The notes beneath the pieces are model-generated. The model searched no databases and was not told the DNA's origin. It saw only the letters and a list, made by a program, of their open reading frames with translations. From positions 62,001-126,000 of the IMG/VR virus record IMGVR_UViG_3300029945_000001: 64,000 nt of DNA. One strand, 5' to 3'. The position numbers and the translations under genes are program-made. Below, piece by piece: positions 18,348 to 29,366 of this stretch (its first letter is position 1; each line of letters starts with the position of its first letter).

Positions 18348-21254
18348 ATGACGGTTCTTTATAAAGAAGATTGGGTAAGGAAAAACGCATTTGTTCATTC
18401 TAATACACAAAATAAGTCATTTATTAGAGCAAGTTTATTATTAGAAAGTATGGGAATTAAGAATTGTCTATTTCCATTAACTATCTATGATAAAGACTTA
18501 ATGAATATAGATCCTCATAAATTAAATGATAATTCAGTAGAATTAAGAATGAGAATAGCTATTGAGTGTAAACGAAATGTTTGGTATTATGTAAGAGAAG
18601 TTGTTAGAGTTGGTGCACAAGGTTCAGATCCTATTCCATTTAATGCAGATCGTGGTAATATAGCCATGATTTGGGTATTTGAAAATAATTTCCATTACAT
18701 GAGTATCCAGCCCAGACAGACTGGAAAAGAACAACCATTAACAGCTAATGTTAAGACTCCAAATGGTTGGATAAAAATGGGTGATATTAAAGTTAGCGAC
18801 GATGTCATTGCCCACGATGGAACAACTGTAAAAGTAAAAGGTGTTTATCCGCAAGGAATTAAACCTGTTTACAAAATAACTTTTGAAGATGGAAGATCTA
18901 CAGAATGCGGTGAAGAACATCTTTGGAAGATCTATAATAAATATGAATTATCACAGAATCCTACAACAGAGGTCGTTTCATTAGATAGAATAAAAGATCT
19001 TATTAATGATTATCCTAATATAAAATCTTTATTAAGTATACCCCTTATTACATCAGAAATAAAAGACGATGTTAATCTTCCAGTAGATCCATATATGTTT
19101 GGTAATTTATGTAGAGGTGAAAATATTCCAGAAGATTATTTAAATGCATCAACTTCTCAGAGGTTATCACTTCTTAGAGGTATTATGACGAATTTATTTA
19201 TATCAAATAAAATAGGAGATATTTCATATTCTGTAGAAAGTTTAAAAGCTGTAAATAATATAAAATATTTAGTCCGTAGTTTAGGCGGAATATGTAGAAG
19301 TGTTGAAAGAGATGATTCTTATGATCTTTATATCAAGTTGAATAACCAACAGAATAAATTAAGTTTAGGTATTTCTAATATAGAATTTGTAGGATATAAA
19401 GAAACACAATGTATTGAAATTGATCATCCTGATCACTTATATGTAACTGATGATTTTGTCGTTACTCATAATACAACATGCGCTGTTGTGTTAACTTCAT
19501 ATGTTATTTATATTAGAGGTAAGAATTTTAACTTTGGATTATATACTAAAGACAGTGATCTTGTTCATGCAAATGTGCAGCGTTTAAAAATGGTTAAAGA
19601 TAATCTTCCTAAATATCTTATTCATAAGTCTACTAGGGATGCTGATAATAAAGAAGGATTGTCTTATAATGTATTAAATAATAACTATATTACGTTTATT
19701 GGATCTAAAGATAAACAGGCCGCCGATAACCTTGGTCGCGGTATGACCGGACCGGCATATCATTTCGATGAGCCAGCTTATACCAATAATATCAATATTA
19801 CATATCCGGTTATGATGTCTTCTACAAATGCTGCTGTCGAATCTGCTCGTAAAAATGGTATGCCGCATTCAAATATATTGACAACAACAGCCGGTCGTAC
19901 TGATACTGATCGTGGTAAATATGCATTTGAATTATTAACAGGATCATTATCATTCAGTGAAAGATTCTACGACTTAAAGAATAGAAAAGAATTGGAAACT
20001 ATTGTTAAAAATAATTCTGGTAATAATATCATCTCTGGTGTATTCTCGCATCTTATGCTTGGATTTAGTAATGAATGGTTAAATGAAAAGATCCGTAACT
20101 CTAATTCAACACAAGACGAAATTAATAAAGATTATTATAACATCTGGAGTACTGGTTCAGAACTCAGTATCTTGAAACAAGAAATATTGAAAAAGATCAA
20201 TGAAAGTATTAGAGAACCAGATCATGTCGAATTTATTCATGGTTATGTCATTAGTTGGTATATAAGTGAAGAAGAAAGAACGTCAGATCACTTTAAGAAT
20301 AAACAATTTGTTTTGGGTATGGATAGTTCAGAAAATATTGGTAGAGATTTTACAGCATTGGTCATGGTCGATATATCAACACTAGAAGTTGTAGCAACAT
20401 TTAAATGTAATGAATCCAGTACAACTAAAATTGCTATTTTTATTAGCGACTTCTTAGTCAAATATAAAAACGTCTTATTTATTCCTGAAAGAAAAAGTAC
20501 TGGTGGTTCTATTACTGATCAGGTTCTTGAAATCTTTGAGAAATATAGGATCAATCCATTTAAACGTATTTATAATAAAGTGGTACAGGAGAGACAGGCT
20601 AATGAATATAAAGATGTTAAAATAGACGATATTGATCTTTTATTAAAATATCCTGCTATTAGAAGGTTCTTAGGATTCACAACTCAAGAAAAGACTCGTG
20701 AATTCTTATATAAGAATGTTCTTAATAAAGCAGCAGAACTCAATGCAGATAAAATCATTGATAAAACATTAGCAAGTGAACTAAGTTGTTTGGCTATTGT
20801 TAATGGTAGAATAGATCACCAGAATGGTAAACACGACGATATGGTTATTGCATATTTATTGTGCTGTTTTGTTATATTCTTTGGTAAGAATTTAGATTAT
20901 TATGGAATTGACATTTCTGCACTGACTGATAATTACGATGTTAATGGTAATAAGATCGATAAAAGATATAGAGATAAACAGATTGCTTTCAGAAAAGAGA
21001 TTTTAAAATTAGAAGATTTAATGGCAAATACAGCAAGTCTCGTACTAAAAGAATATTATAGAAAACAGATAGAAAATCTCAGAACTATTATTGATGAGGA
21101 TCTTGTATTAGAACCTATTAGTGTTGCTGTTGTTAATAGTGTCGTTGAATCTTATGGTAAGCTTTATTCAGCAAATGAAATCAAGTCTAATGATAATTCT
21201 CCCGTTATGTCAGAAACACAAATGTTAAATCTTGTAAAATTACTTCCATTATAA
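18348..21254 (+). CDS. terL: terminase large subunit (phiKZ gp25-like) containing an intein
   Basis: Walker A QPRQTGK|T split by the intein; GRGMT, HFDEP, TTTAG, GMDSSE, RIDH..GKHDDMVIA. Confidence 0.92.
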   Translation: MTVLYKEDWVRKNAFVHSNTQNKSFIRASLLLESMGIKNCLFPLTIYDKDLMNIDPHKLNDNSVELRMRIAIECKRNVWYYVREVVRVGAQGSDPIPFNADRGNIAMIWVFENNFHYMSIQPRQTGKEQPLTANVKTPNGWIKMGDIKVSDDVIAHDGTTVKVKGVYPQGIKPVYKITFEDGRSTECGEEHLWKIYNKYELSQNPTTEVVSLDRIKDLINDYPNIKSLLSIPLITSEIKDDVNLPVDPYMFGNLCRGENIPEDYLNASTSQRLSLLRGIMTNLFISNKIGDISYSVESLKAVNNIKYLVRSLGGICRSVERDDSYDLYIKLNNQQNKLSLGISNIEFVGYKETQCIEIDHPDHLYVTDDFVVTHNTTCAVVLTSYVIYIRGKNFNFGLYTKDSDLVHANVQRLKMVKDNLPKYLIHKSTRDADNKEGLSYNVLNNNYITFIGSKDKQAADNLGRGMTGPAYHFDEPAYTNNINITYPVMMSSTNAAVESARKNGMPHSNILTTTAGRTDTDRGKYAFELLTGSLSFSERFYDLKNRKELETIVKNNSGNNIISGVFSHLMLGFSNEWLNEKIRNSNSTQDEINKDYYNIWSTGSELSILKQEILKKINESIREPDHVEFIHGYVISWYISEEERTSDHFKNKQFVLGMDSSENIGRDFTALVMVDISTLEVVATFKCNESSTTKIAIFISDFLVKYKNVLFIPERKSTGGSITDQVLEIFEKYRINPFKRIYNKVVQERQANEYKDVKIDDIDLLLKYPAIRRFLGFTTQEKTREFLYKNVLNKAAELNADKIIDKTLASELSCLAIVNGRIDHQNGKHDDMVIAYLLCCFVIFFGKNLDYYGIDISALTDNYDVNGNKIDKRYRDKQIAFRKEILKLEDLMANTASLVLKEYYRKQIENLRTIIDEDLVLEPISVAVVNSVVESYGKLYSANEIKSNDNSPVMSETQMLNLVKLLPL
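18729..19472 (+). mobile_element. class 3 intein (248 aa) with degenerate LAGLIDADG domain
   Basis: EQPL..VKTPNGW.KMGDI start; block B CGEEHLW; block F TQCIEID; block G LYVTDDFVVTHN followed by Thr; W-C-T triad; remnants DPYMFG, RLSLLRGIM, LVRSLGG. Confidence 0.9.
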
Positions 21255-21334
21255 ATTCATCTTAAAGATAGGGGAGATATCTCCCCTATCTAAGCCATCA
21301 TATAGCTTTTCATATTGGCGACTGGGGGTCGTAT

Positions 21335-21544
21335 ATGGCCATAATGACTGCATGTTATTTTGCATATCTGTTATTAGGCTTCAGACTTTCTTTTATCCGT
21401 TTCATGGGAATCGATTATACAAATATTGATATTGATAAAATAGGTGTCATTCGTATCGGAGTGACATTTACAATCCTTGCACTACTATTCCCACTGTATG
21501 CTATTTTAAATAAATCTGATCTTGAAAAGATCCTATCTGCATAG
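21335..21544 (+). CDS. small two-TM membrane protein
   Basis: Two hydrophobic stretches; GGGGG RBS. Confidence 0.55.
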   Translation: MAIMTACYFAYLLLGFRLSFIRFMGIDYTNIDIDKIGVIRIGVTFTILALLFPLYAILNKSDLEKILSA

Positions 21545-21559
21545 GAGGAATATGGTACT

Positions 21560-22801
21560 ATGGATCATATTTATCAAGAATTCAATAAATTAAACGTCGT
21601 TATAGATTCTAAGAAAATAGATGCAGTGAACGATATGTTAGTTTGTTTCGAAGTAAGAGGACAACATCCTCTCGTTTTTAATTCTCAGTATTTAGGTATT
21701 CATAAATGCGCATTTCTAGAAAATGACAGTAATGCACTATTTGAAATATTTGGTGTTACGGCAGATCAGATTATAAATCATTTACAATCTATTCCAGCTA
21801 TTAGAGAAATATCTGGTAAAGTAACATCAGATCCATTCAATATGTTTTGTATCTGGTTACTTCATCTATCTTTTATTTTTATTCCAGATCAAAAAGCTAG
21901 ACATGCTTTTATGCTTAACATTTCAAAATATCTCCATTATAGATTCTTTACATCTATTGTTAATTATAATTTTGGTCTAGGTGTTGATGAGAAAACAATG
22001 GTTGCTACTGTCAATAACTTGTCTAAGAAATACGATATTGTTGTTTATGGTACATGGAAGAAAGTGATCGAAGAAAGATGTAAGGATCTTATTTCTGATC
22101 AGAGTATTCATATTCATTATTTGAAAGATGGAAAACCTGATAATAAAATTATTTATGTTTTGACTGATATCAATACAAGAATTAGAGCTAGACTTTACAA
22201 TGTTATTGGTGAGTTTTATATGAATAGAGATAGAGGAACTGCTATTTCAAATAGATCCTCTACTACAGAATATGAAGGTGAAAAAGTATTAGTCCATACA
22301 TCTTCTATTCAAGATGCTATGATCAGTAATTTAACTATGGAAGTTATTAACGAAAGAACCTTTGTTCATAAAGAAACAGTAAAATATATCATTAGATCTT
22401 TTCCAAGTGTATCCGAAAGCATGTTAACAGACGCTTTAGTTAAAATAGCCATGATAGCAGATGCTCAGAGTCATTCTAAAGAACAGAATTTAATAAAAAT
22501 ACAAGACGGGAAACCTTTGTATATTGGTATCAAAGTTCTTATTACAAATCTAATCAAGAATTCATATGCATATTGTAAAAGAAATAAAATAGATATTTCT
22601 AACAGAAAAGAAATATTTGTTAAATGTCTTAATATCTATTCGGCATCTAGAATCTCAGATGACGATATTGCAGCAGTTAAAGATAGCATTGTTCATCTTG
22701 TGGAAATTATGGGTGAAACTAAAAGAGAGGCTACTAAATCTTCTCTCAGATTGGCTATTATCATGTATATTCTTGTTAGAAGTTTTAGATTTATTAAATA
22801 A
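21560..22801 (+). CDS. conserved phiKZ-like hypothetical protein
   Basis: 413 aa; SDPFNMFCIWL and LSKKYDI..YGTW motifs; strong GGAGG RBS. Confidence 0.6.
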   Translation: MDHIYQEFNKLNVVIDSKKIDAVNDMLVCFEVRGQHPLVFNSQYLGIHKCAFLENDSNALFEIFGVTADQIINHLQSIPAIREISGKVTSDPFNMFCIWLLHLSFIFIPDQKARHAFMLNISKYLHYRFFTSIVNYNFGLGVDEKTMVATVNNLSKKYDIVVYGTWKKVIEERCKDLISDQSIHIHYLKDGKPDNKIIYVLTDINTRIRARLYNVIGEFYMNRDRGTAISNRSSTTEYEGEKVLVHTSSIQDAMISNLTMEVINERTFVHKETVKYIIRSFPSVSESMLTDALVKIAMIADAQSHSKEQNLIKIQDGKPLYIGIKVLITNLIKNSYAYCKRNKIDISNRKEIFVKCLNIYSASRISDDDIAAVKDSIVHLVEIMGETKREATKSSLRLAIIMYILVRSFRFIK

Positions 22802-22846
22802 TATACAAGAGGATGGCCCGATGGCCATCCTCTTGTAAGTGTCTAT

Positions 22847-23653
22847 TTAGATACTCATAAGCATAATACGTTCGATCGTATCGGGGTCTAAGAAAGCTCC
22901 GCCTCTAAATTCATCTATTAAATCTTTATATCTATCAAATTCTTGTTTATAATCTTCAATGATATCTTTAAACTTTCCTAATTCTTGACCGCCGCTTAAT
23001 TCAGCTTCATTTATTTTTAAAATAAGTTTTGTATAAATATAACATTTCGTCATGCATAAACCAAGATCTGCTAAAGGAGCAACTGCATCATGGTGTAAAT
23101 TTGTAAATTCTTTATCATATTCTAATCTACACGTCATAACCCAATCAACACTAAAGTTAGTCATAGGTGTCAGTTTAATAACATTACCTGTTTGTAAGAC
23201 AGGAGTTGGTGTAATAACTTCATTGGCAAGTGTTCTGCTGTCAATGGCGGCTTGTGCAAGATTATAAAGATTATTTCCTCTATCATTAAAATCGGTAGGA
23301 TCTGACATTCTACTATAAGCAAAAGGATATGATAGGTCAGTAACAGCCGTAATATTCCTATGTTCTCTAACAGCAGGAGGGATTCTATAAACAGCGGACA
23401 TATTAGAAGTTATAACACCAGAAATTCCAGGAACGGGACTTGTTGGTTCCATAATACATTGACTTAGATAAATACGTTTTGTAGCACCAGCATAAATATT
23501 ACAATCAGGAAGAACATATGCTTCAATAACAGTATCCATAATTCTTTGATCTAGTGTAACTTTCCATTTATTTGGCTCAAAAGCCACATCAAGAATTCCT
23601 TCAGGAATATGTAAATATATTTTTCTAAGTATTTGTTCAAAACCATTTATCAT
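22847..23653 (-). CDS. putative virion structural protein
   Basis: 268 aa; IPEGILDVAF, VLPDCNI, ELSGGQELGKFKDIIEDY resemble a phiKZ-like core structural protein. Confidence 0.5.
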   Translation of the reverse strand: MINGFEQILRKIYLHIPEGILDVAFEPNKWKVTLDQRIMDTVIEAYVLPDCNIYAGATKRIYLSQCIMEPTSPVPGISGVITSNMSAVYRIPPAVREHRNITAVTDLSYPFAYSRMSDPTDFNDRGNNLYNLAQAAIDSRTLANEVITPTPVLQTGNVIKLTPMTNFSVDWVMTCRLEYDKEFTNLHHDAVAPLADLGLCMTKCYIYTKLILKINEAELSGGQELGKFKDIIEDYKQEFDRYKDLIDEFRGGAFLDPDTIERIMLMSI

Positions 23654-23747
23654 AAACAGTACTCCTTTTAGATGAAAAAATTAATTCATAAAATGTTAAG
23701 ATATATATTATTAAAATAGCTTATGGATAATTCCTCGGAGAATTTGT

Positions 23748-24164
23748 ATGTATAATCATAAACTCGATGTCTATGACATAAGTAAAGATTATAGCGTCTT
23801 AAAAGTTAATATAAAATTTGATGTTTATAAATTTGTAATTAAATCTGTAAAGATGAATGCTATGGTTATAGAAAATATTATTGATGAGATTGCTTTTTCT
23901 GATAGAGAACCTATTAAAATTAAAACCATTTATGGTACTTATAATCTTAATATCGATACTATTTATAAATGTGAAATTTCAGATATTAATGGGGATGTTA
24001 AAACAAAGGTAAGAGAAGACGAACCATGCTTATTAAATATTTATATTATTGGTGATCCTGTCAAACCCGATATTAATAAGAAAGAACATGTTAGTTGTGG
24101 TAAAACTATAAAAGAAATTATTGATGCGGTAAATCATAAATTAACTGATAGGCGTGAAGGATAA
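23748..24164 (+). CDS. hypothetical protein
   Basis: GGAG RBS; downstream of TATATTAT motif. Confidence 0.65.
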   Translation: MYNHKLDVYDISKDYSVLKVNIKFDVYKFVIKSVKMNAMVIENIIDEIAFSDREPIKIKTIYGTYNLNIDTIYKCEISDINGDVKTKVREDEPCLLNIYIIGDPVKPDINKKEHVSCGKTIKEIIDAVNHKLTDRREG

Positions 24165-24170
24165 TCAATC

Positions 24171-24530
24171 GTGGATTTCTCTGAATATAGTACTTTAAAA
24201 AAAACCATGTTACGACACGAACGGGTACATTATTATCTTAAAAAGAGAATGGATAGAAAATTAAGTAAGCTTAAAGAACTAACCGGTCCTACAAATTTAA
24301 ATGAACTTATTAATTATTTCAGAACTAGATTAAGTTTAGCAAGTACTGTGTTGATTGCAGGTTATACAGTCAATATTAGTCAACAAACAGTTATATTTAG
24401 TATCGTTAGCGATGATAAAAAACTAGAAAAAATGTTGTATGATGAGATTGTTAATATAACTGGCTTTAATTATAATTTTGAAATTGTTGATTTTGGTTTA
24501 TATAAGCTCTCAATTAGAACAAGGGTGTAG
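24171..24530 (+). CDS. hypothetical protein
   Basis: Tightly packed operon; GAAGGA RBS. Confidence 0.6.
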   Translation: MDFSEYSTLKKTMLRHERVHYYLKKRMDRKLSKLKELTGPTNLNELINYFRTRLSLASTVLIAGYTVNISQQTVIFSIVSDDKKLEKMLYDEIVNITGFNYNFEIVDFGLYKLSIRTRV

Positions 24531-24532
24531 AA

Positions 24533-24856
24533 ATGTATCTAAATTGTAAAGTAAGAGATGATAAAATTATTATTTCTAAAAATGATATTGAACAATATCA
24601 TACTAATATCATCAGAGCTAAAGATATCGGTCCTTGTTACATAATTGTGAATGATGATGAACAATATAGTAGCATCATCAATAATATTAGAATATTTATC
24701 TGCGATGGTGAATTTATTCATATGAAAGATAATGACGTTGAAGACATCACTGTTGATAATTTTAAAGATGGTACAAATATAGTAATTAATTGGAAAAATA
24801 ATAAGAATGCATTAAAACAATATAATAGTTTTATTATGAAATTAGCTGCATTATAA
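24533..24856 (+). CDS. hypothetical protein
   Basis: Tightly packed operon. Confidence 0.6.
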   Translation: MYLNCKVRDDKIIISKNDIEQYHTNIIRAKDIGPCYIIVNDDEQYSSIINNIRIFICDGEFIHMKDNDVEDITVDNFKDGTNIVINWKNNKNALKQYNSFIMKLAAL

Positions 24857-24899
24857 AAAGTCGTAGTATATTTATTTAAATATTTAGAGGAGAACGACG

Positions 24900-25073
24900 A
24901 TGTATGGATCTATCTTTGAGCAAGCGACTAATTCCTGTAGACTTGCTTTATCTGCGGCTAAAACAGAATACCTCTCATTGAAGGATAAAAATATTCCTAC
25001 TAAAAATAAAATTATTGTTAATAAATATATCTCTGTTTATAAAGAAAATATGAATATTAAAACTATTGGTTAA
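24900..25073 (+). CDS. small hypothetical protein (57 aa, below ORF-track cutoff)
   Basis: GAGGAG RBS, then MYGSIFEQATNSCRLAL...KTIG. Confidence 0.5.
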   Translation: MYGSIFEQATNSCRLALSAAKTEYLSLKDKNIPTKNKIIVNKYISVYKENMNIKTIG

Positions 25074-25222
25074 ATAGTGTGATATTGTTAATTAAAATCA
25101 TAAGGATGTGGCAAAATGCCACATCCTTATATTCCTTAATAATTGTATACTTTTTAATATACGCATTTCAAATTTTTTTGATTATATATTATTAATGCGA
25201 TGACTTAAATAAGGAGCGGATC

Positions 25223-25816
25223 ATGAAATATGCTACAAAAGAATCGATGACATATGGATTATGTCTATTTTATATTTTCAATGCTATAGCAGCACCAGTA
25301 ATGTTTGTCGACGTGTTTGCTAAGGGAGGAAAGCAATTATTCAGTATAACTGAGTTTTGTGGAGCTGTATTAGCATTATCGGCAACAATAATACTAAAGA
25401 AGTATAAAAATAAAATAATAAATATATTTCCTATACTCTCTATTTTGGTTGGTATGGGAAATATAATTGTCATACTCGCGACATTACCAATGATATACAA
25501 AATATGGATAGATACAACTATAACCGTATTCTTCCTAGGGTTTACAACAAGCGTACAGGAGGTTATTGTTGCTAGAAAATTTAAAAGTGTTATGGAGAAG
25601 TATATCGTTGAAAAGACAGTTATGAATAACTGCTCTAAATTGTTAGCACTGTCTGGGGGTATATTAGTAACAACATGTATTTCTCTGACATTGTATCAGG
25701 TGTTGTGGATAGAGGCCCTGGCTGATATATCTTGGACATCTTTGGCCATATGGTCTTGGATACAACTAAGAAGAATTGAGAGTGGGGCTTTACGCCACAC
25801 TCCTTTTATTTTTTAA
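25223..25816 (+). CDS. multi-pass membrane protein (about 6 TM, half-MFS-like)
   Basis: Six hydrophobic segments; AAGGAG RBS. Confidence 0.6.
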   Translation: MKYATKESMTYGLCLFYIFNAIAAPVMFVDVFAKGGKQLFSITEFCGAVLALSATIILKKYKNKIINIFPILSILVGMGNIIVILATLPMIYKIWIDTTITVFFLGFTTSVQEVIVARKFKSVMEKYIVEKTVMNNCSKLLALSGGILVTTCISLTLYQVLWIEALADISWTSLAIWSWIQLRRIESGALRHTPFIF

Positions 25817-25861
25817 CAATATCTTAAACATATATTACTTATATAGGTACATCTCGAATTA

Positions 25862-26542
25862 GTGGAGAAAATAAAAATGTCTATGTTAAAGAGTTTTCTA
25901 GAAAGCATTAAAATCATAGAAACAGACGATGACTATTATAAATATATTATTCGTATTGATGAACTTAGAATTTGTAGTAATAGAACTGCATTAGAATCAC
26001 ATCAGTTAAAGATATTAGAATTGATGGTTAACCAATATAGGGCGAATAGTTATTATAAATCAGATATTAATCCCAAATCAAGAAGTGTTGTTCAAGATTG
26101 GGTTAAAGAAAATATGACTCTTCGTCAACAAGCTACTTTGTTATCAGCACTTCGTGGTTGTGATGGTGTATCAAAACACGATCCTGCAAAGAAGTTGACA
26201 AGAGCACTTCGTAAAGTTATGCTTAATCCTGCCGATCCTGATTTTATGAATGACCCCAATAATACATTCATGAAGGGATCTATATCTATCGAAATCATTA
26301 ATGAATTTTTAGGTGATATTGATCATTATCCCACACATTGGTTAATTCATTTTACTCATGCTGCTATGCTTGTGGGATTCTTTCATCCAGACAACGAGGT
26401 TGGTATTATCTGGTTATCTCTTTATCATGCTATTGTTACTAATTTACATATGCATCCTGAAACTAAAGATGAAGTTAATATAAGACTTCGTGATGGCCGT
26501 AGAACTGTTGATGAAGAAATTGGAGCACGCGCTCGCATATGA
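25862..26542 (+). CDS. hypothetical phage protein with His-rich C-terminal domain
   Basis: SVVQDWV..LRQQ..LL.ALRGCDG and HYPTHW..HFTHAA..HP. Confidence 0.65.
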   Translation: MEKIKMSMLKSFLESIKIIETDDDYYKYIIRIDELRICSNRTALESHQLKILELMVNQYRANSYYKSDINPKSRSVVQDWVKENMTLRQQATLLSALRGCDGVSKHDPAKKLTRALRKVMLNPADPDFMNDPNNTFMKGSISIEIINEFLGDIDHYPTHWLIHFTHAAMLVGFFHPDNEVGIIWLSLYHAIVTNLHMHPETKDEVNIRLRDGRRTVDEEIGARARI

Positions 26543-26659
26543 GTTAAGTTGATATATAAGGAGGATAAATCCTCCTTATATATCTAATATTTTTTATAAA
26601 ATCTGTAACCAAATTAATTTTGAATATATATTACTTATAGGAAGCATGTCAAATACGGA

Positions 26660-26926
26660 GTGATTATCATGGCTGTATATGTCGATATTAACGGGCTTAA
26701 ACTTGCACCTATTTATTGTGGTGATGGTCCTATTGTCCGCACTGTTGACAATGTTACCATATATGCCACAGAAGAAGACGATGTCGCTATTTTGGCAGAT
26801 GGCAACGAATTGAAAAGAATCATTCTTCTCTGTACCAACATCAGAACAATTGAGCCAGGTATTGTTCACACAATGCGTTGGGGTGGTGAAGATGCTAGAT
26901 TTATCTTTAACAATTTAATCATGTAG
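26660..26926 (+). CDS. hypothetical early protein
   Basis: Downstream of TATATTAC at 26627; GGAG RBS. Confidence 0.6.
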   Translation: MIIMAVYVDINGLKLAPIYCGDGPIVRTVDNVTIYATEEDDVAILADGNELKRIILLCTNIRTIEPGIVHTMRWGGEDARFIFNNLIM

Positions 26927-26936
26927 GAGTGATGAC

Positions 26937-27215
26937 ATGAACATGCGTGAAGCTTCTAAAGAAGAGAAATTGGAGATTCTCGGTTCTATGGCTGAGTTCT
27001 CCTGGTGCTGGGATGAACACTTCCTCGTTAGGATCGAGAATAAATTGTTTTTGTGGTCTGATCCCGATCACTGCGGAAACAATCGGTTTCTCGAACTCAA
27101 TATTCCATTTACGCAGGCTGTTGCCAAATATAGCGGTGCTACTGTTCGAGATAAAGGGTGTCAGATAGTTCGTGACTATTGTGGCGATAACATCACTATT
27201 CAACTACGAAATTAG
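26937..27215 (+). CDS. hypothetical protein
   Basis: AGGAG RBS. Confidence 0.6.
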   Translation: MNMREASKEEKLEILGSMAEFSWCWDEHFLVRIENKLFLWSDPDHCGNNRFLELNIPFTQAVAKYSGATVRDKGCQIVRDYCGDNITIQLRN

Positions 27216-27226
27216 GAGTAGTAACC

Positions 27227-27619
27227 GTGTCTCTGTTTGTATTTGCTAAAAATTTGTTCAGATATATAACGATGATTCTATCAAAATCATCGTTATATAT
27301 TGTAAATATTAGTAAAAAGAGTAAAACAAAAATAATTACTAATAATAATGATTCATCTGTTACAATTAAAGAAATTATAACAACATATGAACATAGTAAT
27401 GTTCTTAATTATATCGGAATAGACGGTTATATACGTTCACTAGTTTATACTGGAATATGTTCTAATTCTCCTATTGTTAAACGAATTACTTATAATATTA
27501 AAAACGATGTAGAAAAAGAATGCGCTAATAAACTACTACAGTATTTGAAGTGTTATTATAAATGTTCTGAAGAAATAGATCTAATTAATCAGATCGGTAT
27601 AATTATAATTGATTGGTAA
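27227..27619 (+). CDS. hypothetical protein
   Basis: AGGAG RBS, GTG start. Confidence 0.55.
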   Translation: MSLFVFAKNLFRYITMILSKSSLYIVNISKKSKTKIITNNNDSSVTIKEIITTYEHSNVLNYIGIDGYIRSLVYTGICSNSPIVKRITYNIKNDVEKECANKLLQYLKCYYKCSEEIDLINQIGIIIIDW

Positions 27620-27666
27620 TATCACATGCATGAAAACATAAAAAACTACGAACGGAGAAGGAAACT

Positions 27667-27918
27667 ATGTCTACAGACTATTACCCGAAACAACCAATAC
27701 CAATAGATACTTTTGTAAAATTGGCTATAGTAAATGGAGTTAATATTAATTATTGTTTGGAATATCAGAAAGATGAAATAACATATTTTCATGCTATAAA
27801 AACTGTTAATAATAATCCAGGACTCATTGTTGTCGAGATTGATCATAAAGCTGGTGTTATCGAAGGATTTGGCAGATATGGATGTAATCATACAGACTGG
27901 CTAGAGAAATTTCTATGA
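27667..27918 (+). CDS. hypothetical protein
   Basis: AAGGA RBS. Confidence 0.6.
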   Translation: MSTDYYPKQPIPIDTFVKLAIVNGVNINYCLEYQKDEITYFHAIKTVNNNPGLIVVEIDHKAGVIEGFGRYGCNHTDWLEKFL

Positions 27919-27997
27919 AAACATTACAATATTAAATTAAATGAATTAATAGGTTAAATTCAATTCAGTATATACAGAAAGAAAAGGAGAATACTAC

Positions 27998-28414
27998 ATG
28001 GCATATGATACAATTGATAATTTGATGCTTAATGGTACTTATGTGCTGGGAGTTTTTGGTAATAGATATGGTGGTGGTTATATTGCTGCTATGTGTTGGC
28101 ATATGGATTTGTTGTTAGTAATTGAAGATGATTATACTGGCGGTGATGATCGAGGGTGTTCCGTAAGTGAATTCTTCTCTACAAATGATGTATACCCCGC
28201 AGCATGGGGAGAAACACCATCGGCGGCATTAGCGGAATTAGAAACTAAATTAAAGAATATTGTTAGTTCATCGAATTATGATTATGATAAATGGAATACA
28301 TTAGTTATAGGTACAGTAACAGAATATCACAATGCTCGCCAATTGGCACAATACTTAGAATTTCCAAATACACTACAAGTAGCTATAGATGAATGGAAGA
28401 AACAATTACTGTAA
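27998..28414 (+). CDS. hypothetical protein
   Basis: AAGGAG RBS. Confidence 0.65.
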   Translation: MAYDTIDNLMLNGTYVLGVFGNRYGGGYIAAMCWHMDLLLVIEDDYTGGDDRGCSVSEFFSTNDVYPAAWGETPSAALAELETKLKNIVSSSNYDYDKWNTLVIGTVTEYHNARQLAQYLEFPNTLQVAIDEWKKQLL

Positions 28415-28532
28415 GTTATTTAAACTATATAATAAAAAATTTTAAATGGTAATAAAAAAGAGTTAAGTATAGTGGCAGAGAGTAATATCTCTGTACGATA
28501 GTTAACTTTTTATTTTATCAGGAGAAATTATC

Positions 28533-29366
28533 ATGCTTGAAGAAGCAACTATCCGTCAGAAAATTGGTGAAGATATCACCAACGTTACAAATGGTAATTT
28601 CGATGGACCACTCTGGGTCTGGAGAGATAAAAACGAAACAACAGGTGTCTTGGGGTTAATCTCTAAATTGAACCACCATATTCCCGAAGGGCTTGAGTAT
28701 GCATGGTTTCACAATAGTGTTGAGAGATTTATTCAGGACCTTCTCTCAGCAAGTGATTGTAGTAATGAGTCATATGAGACGATTACCAGGTTTATCAACT
28801 CTGTTATTAAGGTCGGTACTGGTGGAGCCGAGTATACGATTTTCTACCATACCCCATTCGATCGTATAACTGGTGCAGATTCATATCGCCCAGCTATTTT
28901 TACTGTAACCCCGGGTGTTTCCAATATCATATTGCATCACAACGTTCCGACATATGACTGCCGGGCACGTGATGAATACATTAAAAATGGTTATGGAGAT
29001 CGTGAGTTCTTCCGAACATATCGTCTCAGTGAGAAGCAGTTGAGTGATGGCAAATTCTGGTTTTTAAATGGAGAAGTCTTCGACTCTTCTGGAGAACCTG
29101 AGTTATTCACTCTTAAGATCGTCACGAATAATGAGGCCGATGTGACATCTGTCACGTTTCCCATTGATGATTATGTGACTGGAGAAATGAATGACGGGCA
29201 TCTCATTATAACGCTCATCAATCCCGATAGAGTCAAGAACATTGATATCAATACCGACGACTTCTCATTTGCTGAACTCGGAGATGCTATTTTCAAACGT
29301 AAACGAGAGCTTGTCATCAACACCGGATACAAATATCCTGATCAAGCGGAGGTTATAGATGTCTGA
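28533..29366 (+). CDS. hypothetical protein
   Basis: AGGAG RBS; 277 aa. Confidence 0.7.
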   Translation: MLEEATIRQKIGEDITNVTNGNFDGPLWVWRDKNETTGVLGLISKLNHHIPEGLEYAWFHNSVERFIQDLLSASDCSNESYETITRFINSVIKVGTGGAEYTIFYHTPFDRITGADSYRPAIFTVTPGVSNIILHHNVPTYDCRARDEYIKNGYGDREFFRTYRLSEKQLSDGKFWFLNGEVFDSSGEPELFTLKIVTNNEADVTSVTFPIDDYVTGEMNDGHLIITLINPDRVKNIDINTDDFSFAELGDAIFKRKRELVINTGYKYPDQAEVIDV

